A stretch of 64,000 nt of DNA from Candidatus Spongiisociaceae bacterium. GTDB taxonomy: Bacteria > Actinomycetota > Acidimicrobiia > Spongiisociales > Spongiisociaceae. The position numbers and the translations under genes were made by a program. The notes below the pieces were generated by a model. It had not been told where the DNA came from. It searched no databases and worked only from the letters and a program-made list of their open reading frames with translations. Within the stretch, counting starts at the first letter, position 1; the number at the start of each line of letters is the position of its first letter. Location of the stretch: NCBI GenBank assembly GCA_965202665.1, contig OZ241841.1, positions 1,344,001 to 1,408,000 of the forward strand. The letters run 5' to 3'. Positions 47,695-57,301 of the stretch are shown piece after piece.

Positions 47695-49731
47695 ATGTTG
47701 TTGAGCGAGGCGGCGGAGCCTGTTTTTGCTCGGCATGAATCTTTCCAACCGCGGTATGGCTGGTTTCGTAAGGCCTACGTGACCGCGGAACGGGATCTGC
47801 GGGGGTTTGGACGCCGGGATGCTACGGTGCGGCTGGGGGTGGGCAAGAACATGGTGCGGGCTATCCGGTTCTGGGGGTTGGCGGCCAAAATCATTCAAGA
47901 GGAGCCGCGGTCTGCCAACCGCCGGTCGCCGGATATTGGCCCTACCGAGCTGGGCCGGGCCCTGTTTGGCGAGCAAGGCTGGGACACTTATGTGGAAGAT
48001 CCGGGCACGCTTTGGCTTCTTCACTGGTTGATCCTCGCTCCCCCCTGCCTGATTCCGGTTTGGTGGATTGCCTTTCATGATTTCCAGGCAGTTGAGTTCA
48101 CGGATTCGGATCTGGCGGAGGCGGTTGTCCCCCGGGTGAAGGAGGTTCCGAACTGGGAAACGCCCAGTCCGTCCTCCATTAAAAAAGACGTTAACATCCT
48201 GTTTCGCGCATACGACCCTTCGCTTCGGTCGCGTCCCTCTGACGACGACGGCCAGATTGAATGTCCGTTGCGTCAGCTGAACCTGATTGAAAATCTCCAG
48301 TCCGACGGTCGTTACAGATTTAGGATGGGCCCCAAAGCCACTTTGCCTTCGGAGATCGTCGCCTACGCGGCCTTGGACTATATTTCCCGCATTCGCACCG
48401 GTGAAGGCACCATCCCCCTCAGCCGGTTGGCTTACGACCCGGGTTCGCCCGGACGCGCTTTCAAACTCAGCGAGACGGATTTGGCGATCGCCCTTGAGCC
48501 GACCGTCGAGCAAACCAGGCAAGTCAACCTGACGAACCGCACCGGGTTTTCGCATCTCGTCTGGTCGGGGGACCCGGCGGCTACCGCCATGGTCGTCCTT
48601 GAAGAATACTATTACCGGGTTTGGCACGGACCGGACGTTGACATCAGCCTGCTACTCCAAACGGCGCAGGAAAAGGTTCAAGACCGGTCTTTGGCGGAGA
48701 TTTTGTCATCGGTGGATGAACCGCAACCGATGGTGGCCGCCCGGCACAGCGCGCAACACGATGTTTTACGGGTGTTCTCCCGGCGGTACGTCGAGGGTTC
48801 GGCGGAGATTGAGCCGCCCGGCCCGTTTTCGTCTTACGATGGGGAGGCGCTTATGGTTATGGATGACAGCGATGCCCTTCCCAGAAAGTTACGGTCGCAA
48901 ACGGAGGGCAAGCCGGTAGTGGCGGCTCTCCCCAAAGACTTGTCCGACCTGGAGGCGGTCGCCCGGGAAATAGCCTCCGTTACCATCGCCTTAGAGGACC
49001 CGGCGGCGCAAGGCGATCGGCTTGCGCGCCGCGAATTGCGGGAACGGCTGGGGAGGGCCCGCCGGTTCCTTGAACATGCACTGGTGGCCGTTTTCGGATC
49101 GGACTCCTGCCGGTGGGTGTTGCTCAAAGAAGGCGGCGGGGGGGCGATGCCGCTTACGACGGGACGCGGCAGCACCGCCCTGTCGGACGCGGCGGATGAG
49201 GCTTATCCGGACACTCCGCTGGTCCGCAACGAGATGTTAAATAGAAACTCCCTCACCTCCCAGGGCACAGGGGCGAGGCGGAAGTTGCTGGAAGCCATGG
49301 TCGAATGCGGCGACCAGCCCGGTTTGGGATTTGAAGGTTACGGGCCGGAGGTGGCCATGTACAAGGCCGTTTTGAAGGCGACCGGCTTGCACAGGCGGGA
49401 CGACCCAGACCAGACGTTGGCTTTCCGCAGTCCGACCGATGAGACTTGGGAATCGGCGTGGGAGATAATGACCGAAGAGTTCCGGCGGGCTGAGAACGAG
49501 CAGATCGAGCTGACCGACTTGCACGCTGTCCTGCGGTCGCCGCCGGTGGGAATGAAAGCGGGGGTGATTCCGGTTTTCGTCCTCGCCGGATTGCTCGCCC
49601 ATCAGGATCAGGTCGCCATTTACGAAGCTGGCTTTGCCAGTCCCCTCACCCCCGAACTAGCGGAGCGAACGGCGAGCCGCCCCGGCCAGTTCAGCATCGG
49701 GTCGCCTCCCGACTCCGGGGTTGCAGATTAG
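47695..49731 (+). CDS. Chimeric SspB(DUF4007)::SspC-internal-fragment protein
   Basis: aa 1-~305 align with sspB; the remainder aligns with SspC aa ~479-841; no Walker A/B. Confidence 0.8.
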   Translation: MLLSEAAEPVFARHESFQPRYGWFRKAYVTAERDLRGFGRRDATVRLGVGKNMVRAIRFWGLAAKIIQEEPRSANRRSPDIGPTELGRALFGEQGWDTYVEDPGTLWLLHWLILAPPCLIPVWWIAFHDFQAVEFTDSDLAEAVVPRVKEVPNWETPSPSSIKKDVNILFRAYDPSLRSRPSDDDGQIECPLRQLNLIENLQSDGRYRFRMGPKATLPSEIVAYAALDYISRIRTGEGTIPLSRLAYDPGSPGRAFKLSETDLAIALEPTVEQTRQVNLTNRTGFSHLVWSGDPAATAMVVLEEYYYRVWHGPDVDISLLLQTAQEKVQDRSLAEILSSVDEPQPMVAARHSAQHDVLRVFSRRYVEGSAEIEPPGPFSSYDGEALMVMDDSDALPRKLRSQTEGKPVVAALPKDLSDLEAVAREIASVTIALEDPAAQGDRLARRELRERLGRARRFLEHALVAVFGSDSCRWVLLKEGGGGAMPLTTGRGSTALSDAADEAYPDTPLVRNEMLNRNSLTSQGTGARRKLLEAMVECGDQPGLGFEGYGPEVAMYKAVLKATGLHRRDDPDQTLAFRSPTDETWESAWEIMTEEFRRAENEQIELTDLHAVLRSPPVGMKAGVIPVFVLAGLLAHQDQVAIYEAGFASPLTPELAERTASRPGQFSIGSPPDSGVAD

Positions 49732-49793
49732 ATCGCGCCGGGCGGCGTGGGGGGCGGTCGGGGCGACTCGCGTTCTCCGGTAGAATGCGGCGG

Positions 49794-51380
49794 ATGGGCT
49801 TTGAATGGTGGCAGGAGGCTGTCTTCTACCAGATCTATCCCCGTAGTTTCATGGACTCGGACGGGGACGGGATCGGCGATCTGGCGGGCATCACCGCCCG
49901 GCTGGACTATCTGGCCGGGACGTTGGGGGTGGACGCCATCTGGATTTCACCCTTCTATCCGTCGCCGATGGCCGACTTCGGATACGACGTTTCCAACTAC
50001 GTGGATGTGGACCCCCTGTTCGGTTCCCTGGACGACTTCGACGCCCTGATGGGGGCCGCCCGCGAGCGGGGCGTGAAAGTGGTGATCGACTGGGTTCCCA
50101 ACCATTCCTCGGAACAGCACCCCTGGTTTCTGGAATCCCGTTCCTCCCGCGCCAACCCCAAGCGGCATTGGTACATCTGGCGGGACCCCGCCCCGGACGG
50201 GTCGGAGCCCAACAACTGGGCTTCCATCTTCGGGGGCCCCGCTTGGGAATACGACCGGGCCACCGGGCAGTACTACATGCACACTTTCCTGGCCGAGCAG
50301 CCCGACATCAACTGGCGCAACCCGGAAGCCAAAGCGGCCATGCTGGACACGTTGCGGTTCTGGTTGGAGCGGGGAGTGGACGGGTTCCGTTTGGACGCCT
50401 GCCACTATTCCATGAAAGACCCCGAATTTCGGGACAACCCGGTGCTGCCGGAGGCCCGCCGCGGCTACAAGGCGCTGGGGGATTACGACCGGTTGGAGCA
50501 CCTCTACGACCGCAACCATCCTGACATCCATCCCCTGTTCCGGGAGATCCGGGCCCTGCTGGACGAATACTCGGCGGAGCGCCCCCGGTTCTCCATCGGG
50601 GAAATCCACTTGGACTGGGACGAATGGGCGGTTTTCTACGGGGACGGCGACGAATTGCATATGCCTTTCAACTTCGCCCTGGTGGGCGGCGACCTGACCG
50701 CCGACCGGGCCCGGGAGGTGGTGGAAGCCCAGGAGGGGATCATTCCGCCCGGGGCTTGGCCCAACTATGTGCTGGGCAACCACGACGAGCCCCGCATCGC
50801 CACCCGCCTCGGCCCCGGCCGGGCCCGGCTGGGAACGATGATGCTGCTCACCTTGCGCGGCACGCCCACTTTGTATTACGGAGACGAATTGGGAATGGAG
50901 CAGGCCGACATCCCGCCCGAAGAACAGCAGGACCCGTGGGGGAGGCGCATGCCCGGCCTGGGGAGGGACGGATGCCGCACCCCCATGCAGTGGCAACCCG
51001 GCCGGGGGGCGGGGTTCACCGACGGCCGCCCCTGGCTGGCCCCTTTGGACCCGGACGGGACGCTCAACGTGCAGGCCCAACTGGACGACCCCAATTCCAC
51101 CCTTAACTTCACCCGCCGCCTGCTGGCACTCCGCAAGCGGTCGGCCGCCCTGCGCCGGGGGTCATACCAAACTTTGCCGGACCAGGACGAGGGGATGTTC
51201 GCCTACCGGCGCGCCCACGGCCCGGAAACGGTGGAGGTTTACCTGAATCTGGGTGACCGCCCGGCGGCCATCAACGCCCGGGGCAAAGTCCTAGCCGCCT
51301 CCTCGCTCTCCGCCCCCGCTTCCCTCACCGGCGCCGCCCAACTCCCCCCCGTACAGGGCCTGGTAATCCAACCCGCCTAA
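49794..51380 (+). CDS. GH13 alpha-glucosidase
   Basis: WWQEAVFYQIYPRSF, DFGYDVSNY, DGFRLDA, GEI, NHD; TAGAAT 7 nt upstream. Confidence 0.92.
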   Translation: MGFEWWQEAVFYQIYPRSFMDSDGDGIGDLAGITARLDYLAGTLGVDAIWISPFYPSPMADFGYDVSNYVDVDPLFGSLDDFDALMGAARERGVKVVIDWVPNHSSEQHPWFLESRSSRANPKRHWYIWRDPAPDGSEPNNWASIFGGPAWEYDRATGQYYMHTFLAEQPDINWRNPEAKAAMLDTLRFWLERGVDGFRLDACHYSMKDPEFRDNPVLPEARRGYKALGDYDRLEHLYDRNHPDIHPLFREIRALLDEYSAERPRFSIGEIHLDWDEWAVFYGDGDELHMPFNFALVGGDLTADRAREVVEAQEGIIPPGAWPNYVLGNHDEPRIATRLGPGRARLGTMMLLTLRGTPTLYYGDELGMEQADIPPEEQQDPWGRRMPGLGRDGCRTPMQWQPGRGAGFTDGRPWLAPLDPDGTLNVQAQLDDPNSTLNFTRRLLALRKRSAALRRGSYQTLPDQDEGMFAYRRAHGPETVEVYLNLGDRPAAINARGKVLAASSLSAPASLTGAAQLPPVQGLVIQPA

Positions 51381-51419
51381 CGAGCCGGCAGACCGACACA
51401 GAAAAGGTAAGGTTCAATA

Positions 51420-52992
51420 ATGGCTATACCTATTCGGCTGTTTATTAGCGGCGTCCAGAAGGAGCTCGCTGAGGAGCGCGCGCGGGTTCGGGATTTCCTG
51501 CGGGAAGATGCCCTTATGCGAAGGTTCTTTGATGTTTTCATGTTTGAAGACACTCCTGCATCGGACCGGATTCCCAAAGATATTTACCTAGAGGAGGTCG
51601 AACGGTGTGAGATATATTTAGGGCTGTTTGGCCTCGATTATGGTTCTGAAGATGATGAAGGCCTGTCGCCAACGGAGCGGGAGTATGATAAAGCTACCGA
51701 GATGGTCGTTCCCCGCCTTATTTTTGTTAAAGGAACAGATGATGATATACGTCATCCCAAAATGCGGTCTTTGATTGGCAAAGCTCAGGAAGGTTTGATT
51801 CGGAAGCGGTTCAATTCTACGGAAGAGCTAATAACAGGTGTTTATGCGGCATTAATAGAATATTTAGACAGAAAAGAATATATCAGGTTCGGGCCTTTTG
51901 ACGCAACGCCTTGCCGCGATGCCGAATTGGACGATCTCGATTTTAGCTTGATACCCCAGTTTATTCGTACAGCTAGACGCGCTCGAGATTTTCCTTTGCC
52001 GGAAGACGCCTCGCCGCAGGCATTGCTGACGCATTTGAACTTGCTGTACAAAGGGCGGCCTACTAATGCCGCAATGTTGTTGTTTGGCAAAACGCCGCAA
52101 CGGTTTCTGGTTTCTTCCGAAATAAAATGCGCCCACTTTCATGGCATCCATGTTACTGAACCTATTCCCTATTATCAGGTGTATAAAGGTACGGTATTTC
52201 AGTTGATTGACCAGGCAGTGGGTTTTGTGCTCAGCAAAATAGCCATATCGGTGGGGACGCGGGCGGAGAGCGTGCAGGCCCCCGTGACATGTGAGATTCC
52301 TAAAGGAGTCATAACTGAAGCGGTAGTTAACGCAGTTGCGCACCGTGACTATACGAGCAACGGAAGCGTCCAGGTAATGTTATTTTCCGATCGATTGGAA
52401 GTGAGGAGCCCCGGTGGATTGTCGCCTAGGTTAACCCTTGAACAATTACGCGTTCCGCACAACTCGGTGCGCAGAAACCCCCTGTTAGCGCAAGGCTTGT
52501 ATCTTGCTGAATACATTGAGCGGATGGGTACCGGCACGTTGGATATGATCAGCTGGTGCGCGGAGGCGGGACTGTCGGAGCCGGAATTCGCGGTAACCGA
52601 CGGGTTTGTCACCACCATCCGCAGAATGCCTTGGGATGTTTGGGTCGCCCGGCAGACCGGGCAACCGCCCCGGTCGCGCCTCCGCCCCCCGGCATATCCG
52701 CCCCCCAAAGAGATGGAGGTCAAGCTGGGGTCAAGCTGGGGTCAAGCTGTTATCAGGTGAAGAATTGGCGCTGTTGCGAGTTTGCGAACAAGGTGCTGTG
52801 TCAAGAGCTAAAATGTTGCAGGCGGCGGGCTTTTCACGCCGGGCGGGTAATTTGAGCAGACGGATAGAACGGCTTATGAAGGAAGAATTTTTGGAGAGGA
52901 CCATCCCTGAGAAGCCGACCAGCCCGTTGCAGAAGTATCGGCTCACGGATAAAGGACGGGCCGTGCTGGCCATCCCCGAGTTAACGGAATAA
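51420..52992 (+). pseudogene. DUF4062 + RecG-C-like ATP-binding protein with C-terminal wHTH split by a frameshift
   Basis: FISGVQKEL..ER, YLGLFG..YG, EAVVNAVAHRDY, RNPLLA, IERMGTG; wHTH tail (LERTIPEKPTSPLQKYRLT) in another frame to 52992; main frame stops at 52760. Confidence 0.7.
52718..52749 (+). repeat. 11-nt tandem repeat GGTCAAGCTGG x ~3
   Basis: Units at 52718, 52729 and 52740. Confidence 0.9.
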
Positions 52993-53027
52993 CAGGTTAT
53001 TCACGCTGTCTTCCCTATTATCGGCGG

Positions 53028-54113
53028 ATGAGCGCTCCCATACGCTACGGGGTTGTCGGGGCCGGGATGATGGGCCGCGAGCATATCGGCAATCTGGCCG
53101 CGTTGGACGGAGCGGTTCTGACCGCTTTGGCCGATCCGCATCCCCCCTCCCTGGAAGAGGCCCTGGCGGTCGCGCCCCCGCTTAAACCAGCCTTGTTCGC
53201 CACCCATGCCGAACTGGCCGGCTCCGGCCTGTGCGATGCGGTAGTGGTCGCCTCCCCCAACCACACCCACTTCCCGGTGCTCTCCGATTTGCTCCCCACC
53301 GGCCTGCACCTGCTGGTGGAAAAACCTTTGGGTATAACGGTGGAGGAATGCCTGAAAGTGCGGGAGGCGGCCCGGGGGAGGGAGGCGTTGGTGTGGGTGG
53401 GGATGGAATACCGCTACATGCCCGCCATCGCCCGCCTCATCCGGGAAACCGACCGCGGCGCGGCGGGAGACCTGAAAATGCTGACCATCCGCGAGCACCG
53501 CTTCCCGTTTCTGCCCAAAGTGGGGGATTGGAACCGGTTCAAAGCCAACACCGGCGGCACGCTGGTGGAAAAATGCTGCCACCATTTCGACCTGATGAAT
53601 CGCATTCTGGGGGACAAGCCGACGGCGGTGTTCGCCTCCGGCAACCAAGCCGTCAACCATTTGGACGAACGATACGGGGGGCGCGTCCCAGACATTTTGG
53701 ACAACGCCTACGTCATCCTGGACTACCCGGGAGGGCGGCGGGCCATGCTGGACCTATGCATGTTCGCCGAAGGGGGGAGCCACCAGGAAGAAGTAACCGC
53801 GGTCGGCGATCGGGGAAAAATCGAGGCCCACATTCCCTCCAACGAAGTCTCCATCGGGGGGAGGGGCGAACCCTGGTTTTCCCCCCGCATCGAAAAAGCG
53901 ACCGACCCCCGTATCAAATATCAGGGCCACCATCACGGGGCCTCCTACCTTGAGCACCTCCACTTCCGGGACGCCGTCCTCGGTAACGGCGGCGGCCAGC
54001 GGGTGTCGGTGGAAGACGGATTGTGGGCGGTGGCGATGGGAGCGGCCGCCCACCTTTCCATCACGGAAGGAAGGCCGGTGCGGATGGACGAAATCCTAAA
54101 CGGCGGCCCCTAA
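53028..54113 (+). CDS. Gfo/Idh/MocA-family oxidoreductase
   Basis: YGVVGAGMMG, SPNHTH, LVEKP, EKCCHHFD. Confidence 0.9.
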   Translation: MSAPIRYGVVGAGMMGREHIGNLAALDGAVLTALADPHPPSLEEALAVAPPLKPALFATHAELAGSGLCDAVVVASPNHTHFPVLSDLLPTGLHLLVEKPLGITVEECLKVREAARGREALVWVGMEYRYMPAIARLIRETDRGAAGDLKMLTIREHRFPFLPKVGDWNRFKANTGGTLVEKCCHHFDLMNRILGDKPTAVFASGNQAVNHLDERYGGRVPDILDNAYVILDYPGGRRAMLDLCMFAEGGSHQEEVTAVGDRGKIEAHIPSNEVSIGGRGEPWFSPRIEKATDPRIKYQGHHHGASYLEHLHFRDAVLGNGGGQRVSVEDGLWAVAMGAAAHLSITEGRPVRMDEILNGGP

Positions 54114-54141
54114 ACCCAAGCCGGGGCGCCCCCCCGGGGGA

Positions 54142-55095
54142 TCAGCCTTTGACCGAGCCGGCCAGGATGCCGGTCACGAAATAACGTTGCAGGCCGAAGA
54201 ACACGGCGATGGGCAGCACCGCCGACAGGAAAGCCCCGGCGGTCAGCAGATGCTCCGCTTGCCCGAACTCCCCGGACAGGGAGGCGATGCGGGCGGTGGC
54301 CGGATAGTTCTCCCCGACCGCCCCCAGCATGGTGACAGCGATCAGATAGTCGTTGTAGGTCCACAAAAACTGGAAGATGGCGAAGGCGGCCAGCACCGGC
54401 ACCGACAGGGGCAGCACCAGCCGCCAGAACACTTTGAAATGATCGGCCCCGTCGATCACCGCCGACTCGAAAATGTCCTTGGGCAGGGAACTGATGTAGT
54501 TGTGCAACAGGAAGATGGCGAACGGCAGGGCGAACCCGGTGTGGGTGAGCCACACCGAAGCCACCCCGCCCGCCAGGTCCAAATCGGGAAACAGGGTGAG
54601 CGTCTTGTCCAAGAAGGGAATGGTGAAGGTCCCCCCTCCGGTGTACAGCCGCAACAGGGGAATGAGCGACATCTGGGTGGGGATGGCCAGCAGCGACACG
54701 GTGGCGATGAATAGCCACTCCCGTCCTTTGAAATCGATCCAGGCGAAAGCGTAGGCGGCGAAAGCGGCGATGGCGATGGGGATGACGGTGGCGGGCAGGG
54801 CGATGGCGATGGAACTGAGCAACGCCCGCCACATCCCCCCCTGCGAGCCCGCCGCCAGGATGTCCGCGTAGTTTTCCAAGGTGAAATCCTCCCACCGCAG
54901 GTTCCACCAGCCGGTGGTGCGTTGGGCGTTGCGGATGCGGAAGGAGTTGATGAACAGCCCCAGGGTGGGGATGGTCCACAGCACCACCAGCAACCACAGC
55001 GCCCAGGTGGGGATGGAGCGCAAAAACCCGTAGATGCGCCGACCCAGGCCGGGTCCCGGCCCTCCGGGTCCGGGGAGGCCGCGGAGGGCGGTCAT
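54142..55095 (-). CDS. Carbohydrate ABC transporter permease
   Basis: EAA loop FESAVIDGA, FLWTYND, QRYFVTGILAGSVKG. Confidence 0.92.
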   Translation of the reverse strand: MTALRGLPGPGGPGPGLGRRIYGFLRSIPTWALWLLVVLWTIPTLGLFINSFRIRNAQRTTGWWNLRWEDFTLENYADILAAGSQGGMWRALLSSIAIALPATVIPIAIAAFAAYAFAWIDFKGREWLFIATVSLLAIPTQMSLIPLLRLYTGGGTFTIPFLDKTLTLFPDLDLAGGVASVWLTHTGFALPFAIFLLHNYISSLPKDIFESAVIDGADHFKVFWRLVLPLSVPVLAAFAIFQFLWTYNDYLIAVTMLGAVGENYPATARIASLSGEFGQAEHLLTAGAFLSAVLPIAVFFGLQRYFVTGILAGSVKG

Positions 55096-57188
55096 CCGCC
55101 CGCCGCCTTCTGCATGCGCCGAATGTTCAAATAGAGGATGGGCAGCACCGCCGCGAACAGCACCACCGCCAGGGCGGAACCCAGGCCGAAGTTGAGTTCG
55201 GTGAAGGCCCGTTGCCACATTTCGTTGGCGATCACCTGCGTGTCGAAGTTGCCGTTGGTCATCACTTTCACGATGTCGAACACTTTCATCACCAGCACGA
55301 TGAGGGTGGTAACCACCACTCCGATGGTGGGGGCGATCTGGGGCACCGTCACCCGCCAGAAAGTTTGCGACTCGGTGGCCCCATCCACCCGGGCCGCCTC
55401 AATCAGTTCGGCGGGCACCGCTTTGATGGCGGCCGAGAAGATGACCATGCTGAAGCCGGTTTGAATCCAGATCAGCACCAGCATCAGCCACATGTTGTTG
55501 AACGGGGTTTCCTGAACGAACAGCACCGTGTCGGCTATCAGCTCCCCGTTCGCCGATTCCGTCACCCCGCCGATTCCCCGCAACACCGCAAAAGCGAACC
55601 ACAAAAAAGGCAGGGCGCACACCGCCGCCCCGGAGGCGATGGCCCGTTCCCCGGCCCCCCAGGCCCGCACCGCCAGCCATATCAGCAACAAGGCCAAGGC
55701 GGTAACGATGATCACCGCCACCGTGCGGGCGGCCGGGTTGGCGGAAAGGCGCCCCAGCCCCACCCACAGCGCATTCAGGAACCCGGTCTGTTCGCGGGAA
55801 GGGTCCCGGGCCAGGTACATGAACCGCCAGATGATGCCCGCCCCCACGAAGGAGATGGCCATGGGCATGAAAATGAGCGATTTGGCGATGGACTCGTTTT
55901 TGGCCCGGTCGGCCAGCACCGCGATGGCCAGCCCGGCGGCGGTGGTGACGAGGGTGACGGTCAGCACCCACCACAGGTTGTTGAACAGGGTTCCCCGCAG
56001 GGCGGCGAAGGCGGCCATGCACACCAGGAACAGGCCCAGCACGGTGGCCCCGCCCGCCCCGGGGGTGAAAGTGGCCCTGTAACCGGAGCGGCGTCCTATG
56101 ACCACGGCTGCTACCGTTCCGATGACGGCGATCACCGCCCCCGCCCAGAACAGGCGGCTCCCGAAAATCCCCGCCCAGCCGGAAACGTCCACCGAGTTGG
56201 CGCTGGTGAAAATGCTTGAATAGTTGGCGAACCCCACCGGTTCTTCCCCCCGCGGGTCGTAGAAGGATAGAAACAGGGTGCGCAAAGTGGGGTAGATGAG
56301 GGTTCCGCCGATGAAGATGAGGGCGGGGGTTATGAAAATGTAGGAACGGGAGGAGGCTTCCAGCCGGGTGCGGGCGTTCACGTCCGGGATCGGTTTCAAG
56401 CCCAGGGCGATCCCCGCCCCCAGGCCCACTCCCACCGCGGCCAGCAAAGCCTCCCACGGCTGGCCGGTTCCCAAGTCGGGGACGCCCCAGGCCCCGAGGA
56501 AAAATCCGACGGTGGCCCATCCCGCGATGGAAGCCCAAAGGGACTTGCCGTTTTTGCGCCAGGCCCGCAACAGGTAACCGACCGCCCCGCCGAGCAGGGT
56601 CAGGAGAACCAACAGGCCGTAGTTCAAGTTGGGGAGCACCGGCCACAGCTCCACCGTCCCCTCCTCCAGTTGGAAAACCAGGATCACGCTCCGCATGCCG
56701 GTGGCGGCCAGAATCCCCAGGGCGGCCCCCGTCCCGGCCCCGATCAGCAACCTCCACCATTTGTGCCCCACCACCCCCAGCAGGTAGCCGCCCGCCGCCC
56801 CAACCGCCGCGGCCAGCGCGGTGCGCAACACCGGCTGGTCGATGGCCCGGTTTCCCCACAGCAACAGGAACACGGCCAGGGCCCCGCCTCCGCCCAGCAA
56901 AGCCCGGAACAGGGCCCAGCGGGTGGGGGCCAGGTCGAACAGTTTGTTGGCCCCGATGAACAGCAGGCCGCTGATGAGGATGGAAAGCACGATGCCCCGG
57001 GCGGTGCTTTCCAGTTTCTCCACCGCCGCCGACCCCCACAGGGCGGCCCCGCCGGCCGCCAAACCCAGCGCAACGGCGGCAATGCGGCGCAGGCCGCGCC
57101 CTTTGGCGCCGCCGTTGATCAGGTAGGCGACGCCCAAGGCGACCAAAGCCGCCATCAGCAGGTTCACCGCCCAGTTGAAAATTGCCAA
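55092..57188 (-). CDS. Carbohydrate ABC permease with large N-terminal membrane extension
   Basis: PMAISFV, IEAARVDGA, KVFDIV; GAGGAGG SD before TTG. Confidence 0.88.
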   Translation of the reverse strand: MAIFNWAVNLLMAALVALGVAYLINGGAKGRGLRRIAAVALGLAAGGAALWGSAAVEKLESTARGIVLSILISGLLFIGANKLFDLAPTRWALFRALLGGGGALAVFLLLWGNRAIDQPVLRTALAAAVGAAGGYLLGVVGHKWWRLLIGAGTGAALGILAATGMRSVILVFQLEEGTVELWPVLPNLNYGLLVLLTLLGGAVGYLLRAWRKNGKSLWASIAGWATVGFFLGAWGVPDLGTGQPWEALLAAVGVGLGAGIALGLKPIPDVNARTRLEASSRSYIFITPALIFIGGTLIYPTLRTLFLSFYDPRGEEPVGFANYSSIFTSANSVDVSGWAGIFGSRLFWAGAVIAVIGTVAAVVIGRRSGYRATFTPGAGGATVLGLFLVCMAAFAALRGTLFNNLWWVLTVTLVTTAAGLAIAVLADRAKNESIAKSLIFMPMAISFVGAGIIWRFMYLARDPSREQTGFLNALWVGLGRLSANPAARTVAVIIVTALALLLIWLAVRAWGAGERAIASGAAVCALPFLWFAFAVLRGIGGVTESANGELIADTVLFVQETPFNNMWLMLVLIWIQTGFSMVIFSAAIKAVPAELIEAARVDGATESQTFWRVTVPQIAPTIGVVVTTLIVLVMKVFDIVKVMTNGNFDTQVIANEMWQRAFTELNFGLGSALAVVLFAAVLPILYLNIRRMQKAAGG

Positions 57189-57258
57189 GCCGCCTCCTCG
57201 GACATCCCTCTTCGGGCATCAACCCTACCCGGCTAAAACCGGGCGGGGGGGAGAAAAA

Positions 57259-57291
57259 GGGGGTTCGGCGGGTGGAGGCCCGCCGAACCCC
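57259..57291 (-). terminator. Stem-loop with U-tract after the SBP gene
   Basis: GGGGTTCGGCGGG / CCCGCCGAACCCC stem followed by CTTTTT on the minus strand. Confidence 0.75.
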
Positions 57292-57301
57292 GAATGTAGG
57301 C

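Noticed and set aside
33735-49731. Classical BREX type 4, Dnd or SspE system
   Set aside because: No PglZ, BrxL, DndFGH or DUF262/DUF1524 SspE-like motifs were recognised
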